NCBI GenBank assembly: GCA_964394335.1
Contig: CAYMVZ010000002.1
Span: 1-60,619 of the forward strand
Origin: an uncultured Nitrospinota bacterium
GTDB lineage: Bacteria > Nitrospinota > Nitrospinia > CAJXCL01
Length of the DNA: 60,619 bases
Direction: 5' to 3'
Below, piece after piece: positions 10,377-20,660 of this stretch. Numbering within the stretch: the first letter of the stretch is position 1; each line of letters starts with the position of its first letter. The position numbers were made by a program, and so were the translations under genes. A model generated the notes under the pieces. The model saw only the letters and a list, made by a program, of their open reading frames with translations. It had not been told where the DNA came from and did not search any database.

Positions 10377-11237
10377 ATGTTATTTTTTTGCCAAATAAAT
10401 GATGCAAAAAAATCAGGGCTTCTTTTTTTCATTTCTTTTACTTTAATTTCCTTTCTTACAGCCTCATGTGCCTTTAACAAGTCAAGAATTATAAAACAAA
10501 CATTTAAAAAAGGAAAACTGGTAGTAAGAATTGTTGAAAAAGACATGGATGCTCATTACCTTTCAAAAAAGAAATTGGAGCATCCTCACACTTTTACAGA
10601 GGCAAAAATCTTTGATAACTTAACATCTCTTAAGTATAAAAGACTTGCTTTATTCAGCAGAGAAGAAAACGTTTTTGACAAAAAATTTGCTGAAGAGATC
10701 AGTCCTCTTTTAGTAAATGCCTTCAAAAGAGCGAGTAAAAATGATTTTATTGAAGTTGATGCCAGGTCTCCTAAAGGCCGCATTTTAGGGGATGTTTTTA
10801 TTTTTAAAAGAAAACTTAATTGGAAATTCAAAATTATTAATGGCGCTTCCTATGAAAGACGGAATTCAAAGGATTACCTCGACGGATGGAAAATTGTTCT
10901 CCAAAAAGGGCAAAAATATTATGGTGAGAAGGAGCTATTTGGTGTCAGGGTAGCAAAAAACTGGATTATTTATCCGGTTGATAAAACATGGCCTAATGTT
11001 AGCCTTTCCAATAAAGGCGATCAAAAAGTAGATACCTATAAAGAATTAAATGATGAATCAGACACGGATTTTTTAGAAACTCTTCCAAAAGAGCAGTCGA
11101 AAAAAGGCGCTTCTTCAACTCAGCAGAAAAAAATTGAAGCCAAATTCCTTCGCTTGAAAAAACTTATGCAAAAAGGACTCATTACTAAAGAAGAATATAA
11201 AGCCAAAAAACAAGAGCTGCTGGGAAAATATTTTTAA
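10377..11237 (+). CDS. Exported/lipoprotein-like protein with C-terminal SHOCT domain
   Basis: Hydrophobic signal ending LTASC; C-terminus LRLKKLMQKGLITKEEYKAKKQELL fits SHOCT. Confidence 0.7.
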   Translation: MLFFCQINDAKKSGLLFFISFTLISFLTASCAFNKSRIIKQTFKKGKLVVRIVEKDMDAHYLSKKKLEHPHTFTEAKIFDNLTSLKYKRLALFSREENVFDKKFAEEISPLLVNAFKRASKNDFIEVDARSPKGRILGDVFIFKRKLNWKFKIINGASYERRNSKDYLDGWKIVLQKGQKYYGEKELFGVRVAKNWIIYPVDKTWPNVSLSNKGDQKVDTYKELNDESDTDFLETLPKEQSKKGASSTQQKKIEAKFLRLKKLMQKGLITKEEYKAKKQELLGKYF

Positions 11238-11264
11238 CTTGCAACCATTCTATGCTTATTCTAA

Positions 11265-12269
11265 GTGCTATATTCTTACGAAGAGATTAAAATTCAAAAC
11301 ATTAATTTGGCTAAAAGACCTTTCAGCTTTTCTTTCCCTGAATTTGATCAAAAACTATTTGATTCCATTTCAAACATTGGCCTTGCAAACCCACCAATAA
11401 TTTTACCTGCTTGCGTTCATCGCACAGATAGACAAAAAAAAAATACTAATAAGTATTATGTTGTCTCAGGGATCAGAAGGGTCCTGGCCTGTAAAAAATT
11501 GGGAATAAAGGCCCTGCCATGCTCCATTATCAAAGAAAATACATTGGATTGCGAAAAATTTATTCTTTTAAGCCTTAAAATCAACCTTTCAAGCAGGGAG
11601 TTAAATGATATTGAAAAGGCTCATCTTTTTAAACTGCTTAATGAAACAGGCATATGCCGGGAAAAAATAATAAGAACATATATGCCTTATCTCAACCTGG
11701 AAAAGAGCAGAAAAATCTATGAAGATATTATGAGTCTTAATTCACTAGATACTATAAGCAAGATGAGGGTTATCGAATGGAATCTTCCTTTAAAAATTTC
11801 TGCAGTATTAGCAAGGTATCAGAAATCTGATAGAGCTGCTGTAATGAAAATGGCAGAAATATTAATGCCAGGCATAAACCGTTTGAAGGAAATTATCATG
11901 TATTTAGAAGAAATTGCTTTAATACAAAAGTGTTCCATATCAGATCTTATTAAGAAATATCTCGTAAACATGGTTAAAAATTCTACAATATGCAGAAAAG
12001 AACGAACAGAAATGGTAAGGCAAAAATTAAAGGGGCTAAGATATCCGCAACTGGCAAAAATGGAAAGGGAATGGAATGAATTCATAAAAGAACTTCATTT
12101 ACCACAGGATATAAAAATCATTCCACCCCTTTCTTTTGAAGGAAAAAAGATAAAACTGGAAGTTTCATTTTCTAATAAAGATACTTTGTCCCGTTCCCTG
12201 TCCAAATTTAATGAGACTTTAATGTCCGGCTCATTAGTGGAACTGATAAATTTAGTTAACACAAAATAA
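11265..12269 (+). CDS. ParB/Srx N-terminal domain protein (GTG start)
   Basis: SISNIGLANPPII and YYVVSGIRRVLAC (GxRR box); no parA nearby. Confidence 0.65.
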   Translation: MLYSYEEIKIQNINLAKRPFSFSFPEFDQKLFDSISNIGLANPPIILPACVHRTDRQKKNTNKYYVVSGIRRVLACKKLGIKALPCSIIKENTLDCEKFILLSLKINLSSRELNDIEKAHLFKLLNETGICREKIIRTYMPYLNLEKSRKIYEDIMSLNSLDTISKMRVIEWNLPLKISAVLARYQKSDRAAVMKMAEILMPGINRLKEIIMYLEEIALIQKCSISDLIKKYLVNMVKNSTICRKERTEMVRQKLKGLRYPQLAKMEREWNEFIKELHLPQDIKIIPPLSFEGKKIKLEVSFSNKDTLSRSLSKFNETLMSGSLVELINLVNTK

Positions 12270-12958
12270 TGAAACTCTCTGTTATAATCCCAGTTTATAA
12301 CGAAAAAGCAACTCTTGAGGAAATTCTGAGACGCGTTCAAGCTACTCCAATCAAAAAAGAAATAATTATCGTGGATGACGGCTCAACGGATGGCACGAGC
12401 AAACTGTTAGAAAACATAGCAAAGACTCCATATAATAGTATTCACGTAATCCACCATGAAACGAATAAAGGCAAAGGGGCTGCTATTATTCATGGAATGG
12501 AAGAAGTTAAAGGAGATTTAACTATAATTCAAGATGCGGATATGGAATATGACCCCAACGATTATGAAGCCCTTCTTGAGCTGTTTAAAAATGATCACGT
12601 TCAAGTAGTTTATGGTTCAAGAAATTTAAAAAAAAATGACCGTTCTTCTTTTGCTTTCTATTGGGGAGGCCGGTTTTTGAGCTGGATTACTAATATTCTA
12701 TATGGTTCTAATGTAACCGATGAAGCTACCGGTTATAAAGTTTTCAGAACATCTTTGTTAAAAGGTTTGGATTTAAAAAGTACTGGATTTGATTTTTGTC
12801 CTGAAGTTACTGCCAAAATTCTACGGCGCAAAATCAAAATTTATGAAGTTCATATTTCTTACAACCCGAGACTCTGGCATGAAGGAAAGAAGATCAGGTG
12901 GATTGACGGCTTAATAACTATTTGGGTTTTGGTCAAATACCGCTTTCAACGTTTCTAA
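12269..12958 (+). CDS. GT2 polyprenol-phosphate glycosyltransferase (DPM1-like)
   Basis: SVIIPVYNE, IVDDGSTDGT, NKGKGAA, IQDAD-EYDP, VVYGSR, TGYKVF. Confidence 0.9.
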   Translation: MKLSVIIPVYNEKATLEEILRRVQATPIKKEIIIVDDGSTDGTSKLLENIAKTPYNSIHVIHHETNKGKGAAIIHGMEEVKGDLTIIQDADMEYDPNDYEALLELFKNDHVQVVYGSRNLKKNDRSSFAFYWGGRFLSWITNILYGSNVTDEATGYKVFRTSLLKGLDLKSTGFDFCPEVTAKILRRKIKIYEVHISYNPRLWHEGKKIRWIDGLITIWVLVKYRFQRF

Positions 12959-13085
12959 AAAAGCTCTCTGTATTGCTAACCGGCACATCTCGTTTTTTTA
13001 ACAAAGTTTTGCTGGGCAACGGGTGAAGCCCTTTTTGTTGCGGTAACTTGCCGCGCAGTGTATTTTAAAGATTCTTATGTGGGGA

Positions 13086-13132
13086 ACCTCCCCTTAATCC
13101 CCCTCCTAGCAGGGAGGGAAAACGGGGTGGTT
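13086..13132. repeat. C-rich/G-rich imperfect palindrome (REP-like); partial second copy near 57917-57930
   Basis: CCTTAATCCCCCTCCTAGCAGGGAGGG; CCTTAATCCCTCCT recurs at 57917. Confidence 0.45.
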
Positions 13133-13203
13133 AATAAAAAAAGTTTTCCACATAATGATAAGCAATCACAATTTTTCTGGCCTCAATACGCCGCAATAGC
13201 GAC

Positions 13204-14991
13204 ATGACGACTGCCATGACTTTAATTAAAGATAGGCGTCAGGTAATTTTTCTAATTTTCCTGTTTTTTGTAGCATTTAGTATCAGAATTATCTACCTAT
13301 CAGAATTCCATTACAAAAATCCTTTTTTCGACATTATTCCATCAGCTTTCGATCACTCTAATTTTGATCAAGGAGCGATGAATTTCTCCAAAGGTGATCT
13401 CTTAGCTCGAAGTGCAAATAATAGTTTTGCTCCTTTATATAAATATTTTTTAGGAATAATATACCTGTTTTTCGGCAGAAACTTTGATGTTATTTACTTA
13501 ATACAGTTTGCCATGGGGTCTCTCTCCGCAATATTGATCTATTTAATTACAAAAGATCTCTTTGGTTTTCGCGCCGGTGTAATAGCTTTTACGGGTTTTG
13601 CCTTTTACTCTCCTCAAATTATTTACGAAGGTATAATTCTAAGGGCTGCGTTTATATCTTTCTTTGGAGTCTTATCATTTTATCTTTTATCCCGTTTAAA
13701 TTATTCTTTAAGTCCAGCCAATTTAATAATTTCAGCTCTATCCCTTTCATTATTCATCCAGGGGAGACCGAATGTAATTTTCTGTCTCCCCTTTGTATTC
13801 GTCTTTTTGCATAAAATCTTTCACTCTCTAAAACCAGATAAAAGAATTATATACTGGCTTACATTTAACGGCGCCCTCTTTTTATCATTTATACCTCTGC
13901 TTATCCAATGTTACCTGGTCCATGGTAAGTTTGTTTTTTTTGATGCCAGTGGACCTTTTGCTTTAATTTCCGGAAATCTTACCTCTTACTCAGGGGTGGG
14001 TCATGATGTTGCTCTCTTTGAAGATTATAGAAGTAAAAATGCATCAGGCTTCCTGCCAAATATACATCTATTATTTCAAGAAATTTCAGAAGACTTATTA
14101 GGGTTTATAAAACTTTATCTTCGCAAACTATATTATTTTTTCAACGATTATGAAGCACCAACAAATATTTCGATCTATCTTTACCGAAAATTATCAAATA
14201 CTTTACCGCTGTTATTAGGGCATTTTTCTTTATACTCTTCATTGGGGCTCATGGGAATATTGTTGGCAATTAAAAATAATAAACAGACCTTTCTATTATA
14301 TTCTTATATCATTTCACTATCTCTATCTATAATTATTTTCTATAATACGGCAAGATTTCGTATACCGGTGGTGCCGTACTTTATTATTTTCAGTTCATAT
14401 ACTATCCACTTAATTATTTCCTGGATATCTCAGAAGAAATTCAAGAATGCTGTTGTAGCATCATTCACAGCCATTATTCTTTTCATCGTTTTCCTTGAAC
14501 CTAAAGTTAATGTAGTGGATCGAATCCGGGCGGAAGATTACAACAACATAGCAACCGCGTGGAAGGAAAAAGGTAATTTAGAAAAGGCTGTCAGCTATTT
14601 AGACCAGGCAATTGTTACTGATCCATTTTTTTCTTTTAGTTATTTTAATAAAGGGCTGTATTTTTTAAAGAAAGAGGATTGGGAGAATGCAATATTTTAT
14701 TTTGAAAAAGCATTCTTTTTAAACAAGCAGCATATTGAATCAAAAAACAAATTAATGATTGCTTTATTTGGTTTAGGAGATCAATATTTGAAAAAGAAAG
14801 AGTATAAAAATGCTATTCCTATCTATTCAAAAATTCAAAAGATAGATTCGCAAAATATTGACGCATTGCTTAATATGGGTGTTTGCTATGTATATATGGG
14901 AGAAGAAATCGAGGCAAAAAAATTATTTGAGTCTATATTGAAAATTAATCCTGATCATTCTGCAGCAAAAACCAATCTTGGTCTTTTATAA
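13204..14991 (+). CDS. GT-C (PMT/ArnT-like) membrane glycosyltransferase with C-terminal TPRs
   Basis: Multi-TM N-terminal part with acidic first loop (FDHSNFD), FIQGRPNV and ARFRIPVVP motifs, then TPR repeats. Confidence 0.7.
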   Translation: MTTAMTLIKDRRQVIFLIFLFFVAFSIRIIYLSEFHYKNPFFDIIPSAFDHSNFDQGAMNFSKGDLLARSANNSFAPLYKYFLGIIYLFFGRNFDVIYLIQFAMGSLSAILIYLITKDLFGFRAGVIAFTGFAFYSPQIIYEGIILRAAFISFFGVLSFYLLSRLNYSLSPANLIISALSLSLFIQGRPNVIFCLPFVFVFLHKIFHSLKPDKRIIYWLTFNGALFLSFIPLLIQCYLVHGKFVFFDASGPFALISGNLTSYSGVGHDVALFEDYRSKNASGFLPNIHLLFQEISEDLLGFIKLYLRKLYYFFNDYEAPTNISIYLYRKLSNTLPLLLGHFSLYSSLGLMGILLAIKNNKQTFLLYSYIISLSLSIIIFYNTARFRIPVVPYFIIFSSYTIHLIISWISQKKFKNAVVASFTAIILFIVFLEPKVNVVDRIRAEDYNNIATAWKEKGNLEKAVSYLDQAIVTDPFFSFSYFNKGLYFLKKEDWENAIFYFEKAFFLNKQHIESKNKLMIALFGLGDQYLKKKEYKNAIPIYSKIQKIDSQNIDALLNMGVCYVYMGEEIEAKKLFESILKINPDHSAAKTNLGLL

Positions 14992-15141
14992 AAAAAAAAT
15001 TAAATTCTATTGGACCAAAGATTTCAATCATCATTGTTGTCTTTTCCGTCATGCCGCGCCACTAAAAAGTAAAACGCGATTAAAGTTGCTATAGCCAATC
15101 CTAATTTGATGTAAATTTCTTGATAATCCATAACGCAATGG

Positions 15142-15270
15142 AGCAGCAACCACAAGTCGGTAAGGAAAACCGAATTGTACGGATTCCGAAGGAAGGCCGC
15201 CCTAAGGGTTAAGGTCCGTGATGGCAGAGCTAAGCTCAGCTTTGCCGATAATCATATAGGCTGCCGCCCG
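15142..15270 (+). repeat. Multi-hairpin structured noncoding element, copy U1 plus terminal hairpin
   Basis: Aligns over ~75 nt with the two tandem units at 57309 and 57389; see findings. Confidence 0.75.
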
Positions 15271-15377
15271 GTTTCCTAATAATAATTGTACTAAGCCATG
15301 GATAAGGCGCTGTAAAAAGCATAACTAAACACCGCCTAAAAAAAACGCAATTTTACAGATTTGCAATATAGAGAGAT

Positions 15378-15896
15378 TTACTTATCTCTTGATAAATTTA
15401 AATTGTCCCTGGTTTTTAAAACCGCTTCGGGGAAAAACATATTCCACAGCAATAAAATGACGCCGATAGTAATACATGAATCCGCAACGTTAAAAGCCGG
15501 CCAGTAATGTTGATACCAGTGAAAATATAAAAAGTCTATAACCTCTCCGTAAAAAACACGGTCAATAAAATTTCCTATGGCGCCGCTGATAATCAAGGCA
15601 AAAGAAACAAGTGTCAAACGTTGATTTTCAGGGGTTTTATAATAGCAGAACAGAATTATGCCGGCGGCAACAGTTGAGATAAGTATAAAAAAAAGAGTTA
15701 ACCATGGACTTTTAAAACCGGACAAAATGCCGAAAGCAGCTCCTGAGTTTCGAATATATGTAATCTGAAAGAAATTTTTTATTACTTCTATTGATTGGTG
15801 TAACTTCATCTGTGAATCTACATAAATTTTAGTGGCCTGATCCAGAAAAACCATTCCAACTACAATCAGTAATAATGTCTTATACTTTTTGTTCAT
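15378..15896 (-). CDS. lspA: Lipoprotein signal peptidase (start ATG 15896)
   Basis: [35 protein letters not shown]; ATGA overlap with ileS. Confidence 0.96.
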   Translation of the reverse strand: MNKKYKTLLLIVVGMVFLDQATKIYVDSQMKLHQSIEVIKNFFQITYIRNSGAAFGILSGFKSPWLTLFFILISTVAAGIILFCYYKTPENQRLTLVSFALIISGAIGNFIDRVFYGEVIDFLYFHWYQHYWPAFNVADSCITIGVILLLWNMFFPEAVLKTRDNLNLSRDK

Positions 15897-18703
15897 CCCA
15901 AATTTTCCTTGCAACGACAACATATGGCAGGATGGCTGCTATCCTTTCCTACAGATTCACTAAAAGTCCAGCACCGCTCGCATTTTTCTCCGGGAGCCTT
16001 ATAAACTGATATTTCCAGGTCTTTAATTTCTTCACTGTTAAACACTATTGATTCTGAATTAGCGTTACTATGCTTGACTCTATTTCCACAAATCTTTTCC
16101 ACACCAGAGACAATAAAAATTGTTTTTAATTCCTCTGTTTCTAACGGGATCTGATTATTCAAATTTTCAGGCGAACTTAGCTTGACTAGAGCATCCAGGG
16201 AATGACCTATGACTTTATCGCGACGCGCTATTTCCAGAGCTTTTGAAACTTCCTTTCTTAAAAGAATAACCTGATCCCATTTTTTTGATAGATCATCATT
16301 GATATAACTTTTTTTAACTTCCGGGAATAATGCCATATGAACAGACGACGGTTCACTTCCATTTTTTGGCAAATATCCCCAAACTTCTTCAGCAGTAAAT
16401 GAAAGAACAGGAGAAATCAATTTTGTCAGAGTGTAGATTAATTTATATATAGTTGTCTGAGCAGATATCCTACCCGGGGAATCTTTTTGGAATGTATACA
16501 AACGGTCCTTAAGAATATCGAGATAAAGCGAACTCAAGTCGACAGTACAAAAATTATGAAGAGTATGGTAAAAAATATGAAATTCATAATTCTTAAAGGC
16601 ATTCTCAATTTTACGGACAACATCCTGAAGCCGATGGAGAATCAGTTTATCAATTTCAAAGAGATCTTCATATTTCACCTGGTGTTGTTGAGGGTTAAAA
16701 TCATATAAATTTCCAAGGAGATACCTGATTGTATTTCTAATTTTTCTATATGCTTCGGTAAGACGTTTAAGAATTTCATCAGAAATCTTTATATCTTCTC
16801 GATAATTTTCGGACGCGACCCATAACCTGAGCACTTCTGCGCCACTTTTTTTAATAACCTGATCCGGGGTTATAACATTGCCCGCTGATTTCGACATTTT
16901 TTTTCCTTCTCCATCCACAACATAACCATGAGTCAAAACAGTTTTATAAGGCGCCTTCCCACGGGTTCCGATAGAAGTCAATAAAGAACTCTGAAACCAG
17001 CCCCTGTGCTGATCACTACCTTCAAGGTAAAGATCTGCAGGCCAGTGAAGAACGTCATTTTTTTCAACCACTGCCGCTTGACTCACACCCGAATCAAACC
17101 AGACATCCAGAATGTCCGTTTCTTTCTGGAAATCTTTATTTCCGCATTTGGAACATGTTGTTCCGCCCGGCAATAGATCCACAGCATCTTTCTCAAACCA
17201 TATATCGGTTCCATCTTTTTCAACCATTTCCGCAATATGTTCCGAGATTTCTTTGCTCTTTAAAAACTCCTTACATTCTTTGCAACAAAAAGCAGTGATA
17301 GGGACCCCCCATGCTCGTTGTCTCGACACACACCAATCTGGCCGGTTTTCCACCATTTCGTAAATCCTATCCATTCCCCACTCCGGAACCCATTTTGTTT
17401 TTTTAATTTCTTCCAAGGCTTTTTGTCGAAGCCCGCTTGTCTCCATAGAAATAAACCACTGGGTAGTAGCCCTGAACAGGATAGGGCTTTTACATCGCCA
17501 GCAGTGAGGGTAGGAATGAGTGGTTTTTTCTTCCTTTAATAAATATCCGTTTTCCGATAATTTTTTATTGATTTCAAGATTGGCCTTCCACACGTTCATC
17601 CCGCCAAACTGTTCCACGGAATCGATAAAAAAACCGCCATCATCAACAGGGTTATAAATGTCCAGGCCATATTTCATACCAATTTCGTAGTCCTCCTGTC
17701 CATGACCCGGAGCAGTATGAACAGCACCTGTCCCCTGTTCCAATGTAGCGTGTTCTCCCAGAATCACCGGCGACTTTCTATCTATAAAGGGATGACGGCA
17801 AACAATCCCTTCCAACTCATCGCCCCTAAAGGTCTGAAGTGTTTTAAAAGATTTAATATCACATTTTTCCATAACAGGATTTACCAGTTCCTCGGCAATT
17901 ATTAATACCTCTTTTCCTGCCTCAATTGCTGAATATTTTAATTTTGGATGGAGGCAAATAGCTAAATTGGCCGGCAATGTCCAGGGAGTTGTAGTCCAAA
18001 TTATCACTGAAACAGGTTTACCTTTTAATTTTGGAAATTTATCTTCGAGATCATCTTGAACCGGAAATCTTACATAGATAGAAGGAGATTCATGATCAGC
18101 GTATTCCACTTCCGCCTCAGCCAGAGCTGTCCGGCAGCGAGCACACCAATGAATAGGTTTAAGTCCTTTGTAAAGGCTGTTATTTTCTATAAATTTTCCA
18201 AGTTCTCTAACTATAGCCGCTTCGTAAGAAGATGTCATAGTAAGGTAGGGATTTTCCCAATCTCCAAAAACACCCAAACGTTTGAATTCGGATCTCTGAA
18301 TGTTTATGAATTTTTCAGCAAACTCACGGCACAATTTTCTGAATTTGCTCTTAGTAAAATCTTTTTTTTTGGATCCAAGTTGTTTCTCAACTTGATGCTC
18401 TATTGGAAGGCCATGGCAATCCCATCCCGGAATATAAGGAGCATCGAATCCTTCCATATTTTTTGATTTAACTATAAAATCTTTGAGAATTTTATTGAGA
18501 GCTGTACCTGCATGGATATGGCCATTCGCATAAGGGGGTCCATCATGGAGGACATATTTGGTCTTGCCATTTCGATGCTGCCTGATTTTTGCGTATAAAT
18601 TTTCCGATTCCCATTTTTTCAGAATTTCAGGTTCCAACTGAGACAGGTTTGCCTTCATTGGGAAATTGGTTTTAGGAAGGTTTAAAGTTTTCTTGTAATC
18701 CAT
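15893..18703 (-). CDS. ileS: Isoleucyl-tRNA synthetase, type 1 (start ATG 18703)
   Basis: [12 protein letters not shown] (HIGH-like), [16 protein letters not shown]-terminal Zn finger CERC. Confidence 0.98.
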   Translation of the reverse strand: MDYKKTLNLPKTNFPMKANLSQLEPEILKKWESENLYAKIRQHRNGKTKYVLHDGPPYANGHIHAGTALNKILKDFIVKSKNMEGFDAPYIPGWDCHGLPIEHQVEKQLGSKKKDFTKSKFRKLCREFAEKFINIQRSEFKRLGVFGDWENPYLTMTSSYEAAIVRELGKFIENNSLYKGLKPIHWCARCRTALAEAEVEYADHESPSIYVRFPVQDDLEDKFPKLKGKPVSVIIWTTTPWTLPANLAICLHPKLKYSAIEAGKEVLIIAEELVNPVMEKCDIKSFKTLQTFRGDELEGIVCRHPFIDRKSPVILGEHATLEQGTGAVHTAPGHGQEDYEIGMKYGLDIYNPVDDGGFFIDSVEQFGGMNVWKANLEINKKLSENGYLLKEEKTTHSYPHCWRCKSPILFRATTQWFISMETSGLRQKALEEIKKTKWVPEWGMDRIYEMVENRPDWCVSRQRAWGVPITAFCCKECKEFLKSKEISEHIAEMVEKDGTDIWFEKDAVDLLPGGTTCSKCGNKDFQKETDILDVWFDSGVSQAAVVEKNDVLHWPADLYLEGSDQHRGWFQSSLLTSIGTRGKAPYKTVLTHGYVVDGEGKKMSKSAGNVITPDQVIKKSGAEVLRLWVASENYREDIKISDEILKRLTEAYRKIRNTIRYLLGNLYDFNPQQHQVKYEDLFEIDKLILHRLQDVVRKIENAFKNYEFHIFYHTLHNFCTVDLSSLYLDILKDRLYTFQKDSPGRISAQTTIYKLIYTLTKLISPVLSFTAEEVWGYLPKNGSEPSSVHMALFPEVKKSYINDDLSKKWDQVILLRKEVSKALEIARRDKVIGHSLDALVKLSSPENLNNQIPLETEELKTIFIVSGVEKICGNRVKHSNANSESIVFNSEEIKDLEISVYKAPGEKCERCWTFSESVGKDSSHPAICCRCKENLG

Positions 18704-18726
18704 TTTAGTTTGCAACTGATAATATT

Positions 18727-18758
18727 AATAAATAAAAGGCGGAGGTCAACTCCGTCTT
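18727..18758. terminator. Terminator-like hairpin in the ileS leader
   Basis: Minus strand AGACGGAG-TTGAC-CTCCGCCT then TTTTATTTATT, 24-55 nt before the ileS ATG; stem has one A-C mismatch on this strand. Confidence 0.4.
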
Positions 18759-19054
18759 AATTAAATGGTAAGCTCCTTTTTCAATATCATGGTACTAAGC
18801 AAAAATCAAATATAAATATTTAAAATAAAATGCTAAAATAGTTTGTATAAAAAGCGTAGAAGATTGCTTTAATCAGTTTCATAAGTGGTAAGAAAATAGC
18901 TGTTTTTTTGCGTATGTGAGTCTAAAAGGTATCGCCAATTATTTGACAAAAAAGGTGTTTCAATGTCAAAGATTTAGTTTTATAATACTTATATAAGAGG
19001 AGGATAATTTTTATCTTATTGAAAATCAATTAGTTAAGATAAAAATTTCTATAA

Positions 19055-19070
19055 TGGCATCTTAATTGCT
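19055..19070 (+). promoter_or_regulatory. sigma54 (-24/-12) promoter of the motA-fli-flh operon
   Basis: TGGCAT-CTTAA-TTGCT, GG-N10-GC spacing, one mismatch to TGGCAC-N5-TTGCW, 50 nt before the motA ATG. Confidence 0.75.
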
Positions 19071-19120
19071 CTTTTTGATAAAACCTATTGATCTATTTCT
19101 ATTAAGTTGAAATAATTTTT

Positions 19121-19882
19121 ATGGATATTGCGTCTATCATTGGAATCATTGCTTGTTATGGGCTGATAATTATGGCTATCGGCACGCAATTGATACTCTT
19201 TGTTAATATTCCATCCGCTCTCATTGTAATTAGGGGGACTATTGGAGCAACCATGATTAATTTCCCATTGAAAGACGTTATTGGAGCCATTAATGTTGGA
19301 AAGAATGTTTTTCTTGTAAAGAGTACCGACCCTTCTCTGATTATTAGGGATTTGGTTGAATATGCAGGTAGAGCAAGGAAAGAAGGCATTCTGGTCTTAG
19401 AATCGGTTGTCGGGTCTATTAAAGATGAATTTTTAGCCAAAGGCATTCAATTAGCGGTTGATGGGCTGGAGCCTAAATTTATACAACAAATTATGGAAAC
19501 AGAAATTGAAAGAATAGAAGACCGACACAAACACGGTGCCGATGTTTTCTTTACCATGGCAACTTTATCTCCTGCTTTCGGACTGATTGGAACTTTAGTC
19601 GGACTCGTATTAATGCTTCAATCAATGGATGATCCCAGTTCTATCGGGCCTTCGATGGCCGTAGCGCTCATCACAACCTTTTATGGAGCTCTTCTGGCAA
19701 ATACATTGTTTACTCCAATGTCCGGAAAATTAAAAGCCAGAAGCAAAGAAGAAATGTTAATAAAAGAATTGATATTAGAAGGAATTTTGAGTATAGCGGG
19801 GGGTGACAACCCCAGGATTATGGAGCAAAAATTAAACTCATTTTTACCTCCTAAATTAAGAAAGACTACTTTTGAAAAATAA
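19121..19882 (+). CDS. motA: Flagellar stator A subunit (PomA/MotP-type)
   Basis: ARKEGILVLE, FLAKGIQLAVDG, PAFGLIGTLVGLV, AVALITTFYG. Confidence 0.95.
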   Translation: MDIASIIGIIACYGLIIMAIGTQLILFVNIPSALIVIRGTIGATMINFPLKDVIGAINVGKNVFLVKSTDPSLIIRDLVEYAGRARKEGILVLESVVGSIKDEFLAKGIQLAVDGLEPKFIQQIMETEIERIEDRHKHGADVFFTMATLSPAFGLIGTLVGLVLMLQSMDDPSSIGPSMAVALITTFYGALLANTLFTPMSGKLKARSKEEMLIKELILEGILSIAGGDNPRIMEQKLNSFLPPKLRKTTFEK

Positions 19883-19883
19883 A

Positions 19884-20612
19884 ATGACAAAAAAACTTTT
19901 CCATAGAATATTACAATTAATTAAAAAAGAAAAAGGTGGCGCGTTTATTGTTATGTATACATCTTTAAGTGTTATTCTTCTGGCCTTTTTTGTTTTGCTT
20001 AATACAATGTCTACGGTTGACGATCAGAAAGTTGCAAGAGCTGTTCATTCCATCAGGAGCAGCTTTGGGGTGCTTTCTTCGGATATAAGATGGTTAATGG
20101 GAATCAAACCGAAACTTTCTTCTGAAGTTGAAATCCTGGCAATTCGAGAACTTGAAGTACATACTCTTTCAAGGGAACTCGAAGAATTTGCAATACTGCA
20201 AGATATGGGAAAGGACTTTGGACTTTTTACTACAGAAGAGGGAACTATTATTTCACTTTCTGAAAAGGTCGGGTTTCTCCCTGGTAGCTCTGAAATAGAG
20301 CCGCCAATGCTTCCGATTCTGGATAAGATCGCCACGCTGATTAACCGGACCGGCTTTGTTGCGCATATCGAAGGACATACTGACAATATTCCAATTAACA
20401 CAAAACAATATCAATCCAACTGGAAACTGTCAGCAGCAAGGGCTGTTAATATTCTCAAATATCTTATAGAAAAAGGAAAGGTTGACCCAACAAAAATCGC
20501 TGCCGCGGGATTTGGCAACGACAGACCTTTATTTTCAAATGATACCTCGCTGAATAGAAGTCATAATCGGAGGGTGGAAATAGTATTGTTAAAAAATAAA
20601 AATGAGCTTTAA
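19884..20612 (+). CDS. MotB-like protein lacking the conserved TM Asp (start ATG 19884)
   Basis: TM FIVMYTSLSVILLAFFVLL aligns with the MotB TM; OmpA-like domain EGHTDN, NWKLSAARA, NRRVEI. Confidence 0.85.
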   Translation: MTKKLFHRILQLIKKEKGGAFIVMYTSLSVILLAFFVLLNTMSTVDDQKVARAVHSIRSSFGVLSSDIRWLMGIKPKLSSEVEILAIRELEVHTLSRELEEFAILQDMGKDFGLFTTEEGTIISLSEKVGFLPGSSEIEPPMLPILDKIATLINRTGFVAHIEGHTDNIPINTKQYQSNWKLSAARAVNILKYLIEKGKVDPTKIAAAGFGNDRPLFSNDTSLNRSHNRRVEIVLLKNKNEL

Positions 20613-20660
20613 ATATTGTTGTTAGTACTATGAGAAATTGTAATAAAATTGAGTTTTAAA

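Noticed and set aside
15181-15220. SRP (4.5S) RNA or c-di-GMP/other riboswitch
   Set aside because: GAAGGAAG resembles SRP helix 8, but the CAGG/AGCA loop and long stem are missing. No recognisable riboswitch core is present, and the copy lies between convergent genes.
15244-15251. sigma28 -10 box GCCGATAA (also GCCGATAT at 57381)
   Set aside because: No TAAA -35 at 15-nt spacing, and both lie inside the repeat element.
18716-18900. T-box upstream of ileS
   Set aside because: No T-box consensus or specifier stem seen.
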